Source: Patescibacteria group bacterium (lineage in GTDB: Bacteria > Patescibacteriota > Gracilibacteria > UBA1369). From it: DNA of 54,832 nucleotides. The first letter of the stretch is position 1; the number at the start of each line of letters is the position of its first letter. The notes under the pieces are model-generated. The model had not been told where the DNA came from. It did not search any database and saw nothing but the letters and a program-made list of their open reading frames with translations. Below, piece after piece: positions 50,914-54,832 of this stretch. Made by a program: the position numbers and the translations under genes. The stretch spans positions 1 through 54,832 of the forward strand of contig JAHJEW010000052.1 in assembly GCA_018825335.1 (NCBI GenBank), given 5' to 3'.

Positions 50914-51318
50914 ATGAATAATCTATTACTTTGGGGGCTGGTTATTTTTGTTCTGGTCGATTTGGTTATTGTGATTTTTGTTTTATACAAGAGACGCGGA
51001 GGTGGTTTTACGCAGCAGGAAAAGAAGCATTATATGGAGCATTGGAACAGGATAAAGTCGGATTCCGATTTGAGGCATGCGATTATGGACGCTGACAAGC
51101 TCCTGGACCAGTTGCTTCAGCGGAAGGGTTATAGCGGTAATTTAGGTGAGAAACTAAAGAAATCCGGGAAGCTTTTTACCGATTTGAACGGTGTCTGGGC
51201 CGCGCATAAACTTAGAAACCGGCTGGCGCATGAACTGGACGTAAAGGTGTCCGCGGATGAAGGTCGCAGAGCTTTAAGGCAGTTTGAACGGGCATTTTCA
51301 GATATTGGAATACTATGA
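50914..51318 (+). CDS. TM-anchored small protein with HEPN-like Rx4H motif
   Basis: 134 aa. An N-terminal TM helix is followed by a helical domain ending in AAHKLRNRLAHELD (R-N-R-L-A-H). It overlaps coaE by 4 nt. Confidence 0.6.
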   Translation: MNNLLLWGLVIFVLVDLVIVIFVLYKRRGGGFTQQEKKHYMEHWNRIKSDSDLRHAIMDADKLLDQLLQRKGYSGNLGEKLKKSGKLFTDLNGVWAAHKLRNRLAHELDVKVSADEGRRALRQFERAFSDIGIL

Positions 51319-51896
51319 AAGCTAATATGAAAAAAAAAGTTTATGGTATTGCGGGATATATTGGATCGGGCAAAAGTATGGCTGGCGCATATTTTAAAGC
51401 TTTGGGTGCGGATTTTATAGATGCCGATGAGGTTGTGGATGGTCTTTACCAAAAGGGGGAGGCCGGCTATGAAAAAATTGTTCAATATTTTGGTGATAGA
51501 TTTTTAAGAAAGGATGGATCTTTGGATAGAAAAAAAATTGCGCGATTTATATTTAATGATGCCAATAAGTTAAAGATAATAAATAATTTGATTCATCCTC
51601 TGGTTACGCTTGAAATTAAAAAAAGGATAAACGCTTCCAAAGCGGAAGTAGTGTTTATTGAAGCGATTTGTTTTTTACCAACGCAGATTGGTGCGCTTGT
51701 TGACAAGATTTTATGGATTGATTGCGGGAAAAAAATATTGAAAGAGAGAGTAGAAAAAAGCGGTGGTTTAATGTTCGAAATAATTTATAAATCCCAGAAA
51801 AAACCGGGGGAAATTAACGAGGTTGTGGAAAATGTCGTAGATAAAGCAACTTTTAGGCGCGCGCTTAAAAAGGTGTGGGATAAATGGTGTGTTTAG
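51315..51896 (+). CDS. coaE: Dephospho-CoA kinase
   Basis: 193 aa. It has the P-loop GIAGYIGSGKS and DADEVV. Confidence 0.85.
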   Translation: MKANMKKKVYGIAGYIGSGKSMAGAYFKALGADFIDADEVVDGLYQKGEAGYEKIVQYFGDRFLRKDGSLDRKKIARFIFNDANKLKIINNLIHPLVTLEIKKRINASKAEVVFIEAICFLPTQIGALVDKILWIDCGKKILKERVEKSGGLMFEIIYKSQKKPGEINEVVENVVDKATFRRALKKVWDKWCV

Positions 51897-51929
51897 GTTA
51901 TTATTTAAAGGAAATAATCTCTTTTGGAA

Positions 51930-53369
51930 ATGAAAAAAGATATGTATGAAGCTGTGATCGGGCTGGAAATTCATGCTCAGATTGCACTGAAATCCAAAAT
52001 GTTTTGTTCGTGCAGCAGTGACAGTTTCGATAAGGAGCCGAATATAAATACCTGTCCAGTTTGTATGGGTTTTCCGGGGCAGCTGCCGGTCATAAACGAA
52101 GAGGCTGTTAGAAAAGGAGTGAAGGCTTCTTTGGCTTTGCACTGCGAAGTTCCGCCTTTTTCGAAGTTTGACCGCAAGAACTATTTTTATCCGGATCTGC
52201 CGAAAGGTTTTCAGATTTCGCAATACGATCAGCCTTTGGCGGTGAATGGATGGATAGAAGTGGATGCTTGCGGTACGAAGAAGAAAGTGGGAATTACGCG
52301 CCTTCATCTGGAGGACGATGCGGGTAAATTAACGCACATAGAAAATGGAACGCTTTGCGACTATAACCGCTGCGGGATCGCTTTAATGGAGATCGTGAGT
52401 GAGCCGGACATGAGATCGGCGGCGGAGGCCGGAGCTTACGCGCGGGCAATGCAGACTATTTTGCGTTATACGAATTCTTCCGATGCGGACATGGAAAAGG
52501 GGATGATGCGCTTTGACGCTAGCGTGTCCATTCGTCCGGTTGGGGATCTAAAGCTTTATCCTCGTGCTGAGATTAAGAACCTGAACTCTTTTAAGTCGCT
52601 TGAAAACGCGATTGCTTACGAAATTGAAAAGCAGACGGAAATGTGGGAGGAGGGTAAGCCCATGAATAAAGATATTACGGTGGGTTGGACGGATATTAAT
52701 GGAAAAACTTATTTTCTGCGGGATAAAGAGGGTGCGGACGATTATCGGTATTTCCCCGAACCGGATTTGCCGCCCGTGAAAATCACGGCCGATTTCATTG
52801 AAGAGCTAAGAAAAGATATTCCGGAGCTTCCCACCGAAAAGTTTGTTCGCTATACGGAGCAAATGGAGATGTCGGAGGCCGAGGCGACTCTGATTTCCGG
52901 CAATCCGGATCTGGCACGATATTTTGAGGAAGTGGCGGCTATAAGCGGAGACGACAAAAGAGCGACGACGTTTGTTTCGACGATATTAATGGCTCATCTG
53001 AAAAAGAATGTTATGGAAATTGCGGAGTGCAAAGTTACTGCACAGGCTTTGGCTGATCTTATAAAAATGGTTAATGATGGCAAAATTTCAATGAATATTG
53101 CAAAGGGAGAGGTTTTTGAAGAGATGTTCGAAAAAGGCTCCGACCCTGCGAAGATTGTTAAGGAAAAAGGTCTGGGGCAGGTGAGTGATGAAGGTGAACT
53201 TACGAAGATTTGTGAGGAAGTTATTGCGGCAAATTCGGGGTCGGTCGCGGATTATAGAGGTGGGAAGGCGCAGGCTCTGGGATTTTTGGTAGGGCAGGTT
53301 ATGAAAGAGACCAAGGGTCAGGCCAACGCGCAGATGGTGAATGATATTTTGAAAAAGTTGATTGGATAG
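51930..53369 (+). CDS. gatB: Asp/Glu-tRNA amidotransferase subunit B
   Basis: Motifs: YEAVIGLEIHAQI, CPVCMGFPGQLP, HLEDDAGK, and the C-terminal YqeY-like tail GQVMKETKGQAN. The track start (51924) is a TTG. The ATG at 51930 is preferred. Confidence 0.95.
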   Translation: MKKDMYEAVIGLEIHAQIALKSKMFCSCSSDSFDKEPNINTCPVCMGFPGQLPVINEEAVRKGVKASLALHCEVPPFSKFDRKNYFYPDLPKGFQISQYDQPLAVNGWIEVDACGTKKKVGITRLHLEDDAGKLTHIENGTLCDYNRCGIALMEIVSEPDMRSAAEAGAYARAMQTILRYTNSSDADMEKGMMRFDASVSIRPVGDLKLYPRAEIKNLNSFKSLENAIAYEIEKQTEMWEEGKPMNKDITVGWTDINGKTYFLRDKEGADDYRYFPEPDLPPVKITADFIEELRKDIPELPTEKFVRYTEQMEMSEAEATLISGNPDLARYFEEVAAISGDDKRATTFVSTILMAHLKKNVMEIAECKVTAQALADLIKMVNDGKISMNIAKGEVFEEMFEKGSDPAKIVKEKGLGQVSDEGELTKICEEVIAANSGSVADYRGGKAQALGFLVGQVMKETKGQANAQMVNDILKKLIG

Positions 53370-53423
53370 GGTGGCGCGTCGGCGATTTTTAAGGTAAAAT
53401 TTGGGTGTTAATAAGGTTTTTTT

Positions 53424-53855
53424 ATGGATGGACAAACTTTTATGTACTTTGCAATAGGTGGCGCGGTAATCGCGTTGGTTCTTTTTATGTGCATTGCAAT
53501 TTATTATCTGATCCGTATTTTAAGGGATTTGTCGGATGCGACTGCCAGCGTGAGGGAGACGGCGGAGACTGTTAACGATAATGTTCAGGAGCTTGCGGAT
53601 AAGGTGACTTCCACTTTGGATCAGGTTCTTAACTATTTTGTTAAGCCGTTTGCTTTGATTCACTTTTTGTCGGAAAAGCTGAAGCCTTTTATGGATATGA
53701 TCCCAAAACATAAGGAGGAGCCGGCTAAGGAAGATGAGGATGATGAGGAAGAAAAGGAGGATGATGAGGAAGAAGAAGAGAAGCCGAGGCGCAGGAAAAA
53801 AGTGAGACGTGAAAAGCGGGCCGCGAAACGGGCGGGGAAACGCGGTAAAAAGTAG
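53424..53855 (+). CDS. DUF948-like TM protein with extremely charged tail
   Basis: 143 aa. An N-terminal TM helix is followed by a helical region (LRDLSDATASVRETAETVNDNVQELADKV). The tail has an acidic run EDEDDEEEKEDDEEEEE followed by the basic run RRRKKVRREKRAAKRAGKRGKK. Confidence 0.65.
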   Translation: MDGQTFMYFAIGGAVIALVLFMCIAIYYLIRILRDLSDATASVRETAETVNDNVQELADKVTSTLDQVLNYFVKPFALIHFLSEKLKPFMDMIPKHKEEPAKEDEDDEEEKEDDEEEEEKPRRRKKVRREKRAAKRAGKRGKK

Positions 53856-53858
53856 AGT

Positions 53859-54725
53859 TTAATTAGGATGTTTGCCGGATTTACCGGACGCGCCGATTAC
53901 GGTCAGCGGGAATTTGATTGTGGCTCTATAAATGCGGCGGATGCGGGATGGTTGCAGGAAAAGTCGCCAGAGCCATTCCAGGCCGAGTTTTTGGAAGATA
54001 TGAGGGGCGCGCTTTACGGCGCCGGAGACGAAGTCGAAGGCGCCGCCCACGCCGATTGCCACTTTGACGGATTTTAAGTGTGCAAGATTACGCGCAAGCC
54101 ATATTTCCTGCTTCGGGGCTCCGAAAGCTACAAAGAGTATGTCCGGCTCCGCGCTATTTATAAGTTCGCGAAGATTGTAGTAGTTGTCGGGGGTAGCCGC
54201 GCCGTCGTCCGTGCCGACGATGGTGCAGTTGTATTTTTTTTCGAGTTTAACTTTGGCTTTTGCTGCTACGGTGGGCGCGGCGCCGAGCAGGAATATTCTT
54301 GCGGAGGGGATCGCTTTCTTACAGATTGACTGCATCAAATCGCTGCCAGTAACCCTTTCGGGCAAAACCCGCCGATTGTTTGGCCCGGTTCCTGAATCCG
54401 TTTTTTTCGATCTAAAAAAGATCAGCGGCAGGCTAAAAAGTCCAAGCAACACTTTAAGAATGACTGACTTAAGATTTTTTACCGTTTCAAGGTAATCGGC
54501 CGCCCAAAGTATTCCTATCCCGTCCGGAATGTTAAGGTTTGTTCCCTGAAGAATTTCGCGGAGTTCGGTGTTTTTTTGCGCTTCCAGAACCATTTCAGGA
54601 TTTGGCGTGGCTATAAAAAGCCGGCCCGCCGGATTTAGCAGTTGTTCATTGATTTTTGTGACCGCCTCATCTTCGGTGACAGGATCAAAAGGGACCCCAA
54701 GAATTTTTATTCGATGTTTGCTCAT
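53859..54725 (-). CDS. WecB/TagA/CpsF-family glycosyltransferase
   Basis: 288 aa. Motifs: ILGVPFDPVT, PDGIGILWA, and FVAFGAPKQEIWL. Confidence 0.85.
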   Translation of the reverse strand: MSKHRIKILGVPFDPVTEDEAVTKINEQLLNPAGRLFIATPNPEMVLEAQKNTELREILQGTNLNIPDGIGILWAADYLETVKNLKSVILKVLLGLFSLPLIFFRSKKTDSGTGPNNRRVLPERVTGSDLMQSICKKAIPSARIFLLGAAPTVAAKAKVKLEKKYNCTIVGTDDGAATPDNYYNLRELINSAEPDILFVAFGAPKQEIWLARNLAHLKSVKVAIGVGGAFDFVSGAVKRAPHIFQKLGLEWLWRLFLQPSRIRRIYRATIKFPLTVIGASGKSGKHPN

Positions 54726-54832
54726 GGATTAGTTTTTTTTGCTTCTATAATCATATCTTTGCCCACTTTGTAGAATTTCACAATGTTCAGTCCGGCTTTT
54801 TTTATTATGCTTTTAAGCTCTCTTTTTGTGAA
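54722..54832 (-). CDS. 3' end of a gene entering from the right edge; possibly a SAM-dependent methyltransferase
   Basis: The minus-strand frame is open from the edge: FTKRELKSIIKKAGLNIVKFYKVGKDMIIEAKKTNP, then stop. The TGA overlaps the downstream ATG (ATGA). The FTxxELxxxxxxAGF-like ending is common in class I methyltransferases, but this is weak evidence. Confidence 0.4.
   Translation of the reverse strand, partial: FTKRELKSIIKKAGLNIVKFYKVGKDMIIEAKKTNP

Noticed and set aside
53730-53855. GA-rich repetitive DNA (gaagatgaggatgatgaggaagaa...) that could be a tandem repeat or a regulatory tract.
   Set aside because: It is in frame within 53424..53855 and encodes the acidic then basic tail. 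It is coding low complexity, not a non-coding repeat.

Overview
This is a 55-kb chromosomal window from a compact, gene-dense, moderately AT-rich bacterium using the standard genetic code. All long ORFs are intact with TGA/TAA/TAG as stops. Several traits suggest a Patescibacteria/CPR-like lineage, by inference only: PrgI-family and VirD4-like genes among housekeeping genes, membrane-anchored solute-binding proteins with no transporter partners, and an expanded 16S V1 helix. The window holds one complete but oddly built rRNA locus and six tRNAs. The rRNA locus order is promoter, 16S, tRNA-Ala(GGC), tRNA-Ala(TGC), tRNA-Ile(GAT), small ORF, second promoter plus terminator, 23S, 5S. All six tRNAs have a genomically encoded CCA end. 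About 55 protein genes are present, mostly housekeeping:
- Proteolysis, translation and secretion: clpP, lepA, ileS, rplI, fmt, gatB, secG, lepB.
- Folate metabolism: glyA and 5-formyl-THF cyclo-ligase.
- Pentose-phosphate pathway and glycolysis: tkt, pgi, tal, pgk.
- Purine steps: purA, purC, class II purE, purB.
- Riboflavin: ribH, ribE.
- DNA functions: ssb, ruvX, family-4 UDG.
- Envelope glycan genes: GT2, O-antigen-ligase-like, TagA-like.

I saw no CRISPR array, rRNA intron, homing endonuclease, reverse transcriptase or obvious defence island, and no complete novel multi-gene system can be demonstrated from sequence alone. The candidates most worth follow-up are:
1. The modular rRNA locus: a 27-bp inverted repeat capturing a tRNA 3' end, a two-TM ORF, and a promoter-to-terminator unit inside the spacer.
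2. Dispersed type-IV-secretion-like parts: PrgI plus a VirB4 N-domain-only ORF that ends at the 5S stem, and a VirD4-like ATPase about 24 kb away.
3. A RimK ligase paired with an uncharacterised P-loop protein.
4. A solute-binding protein coupled to a HAMP-PP2C phosphatase.

Product calls come from motif recognition by eye; no database search was run.
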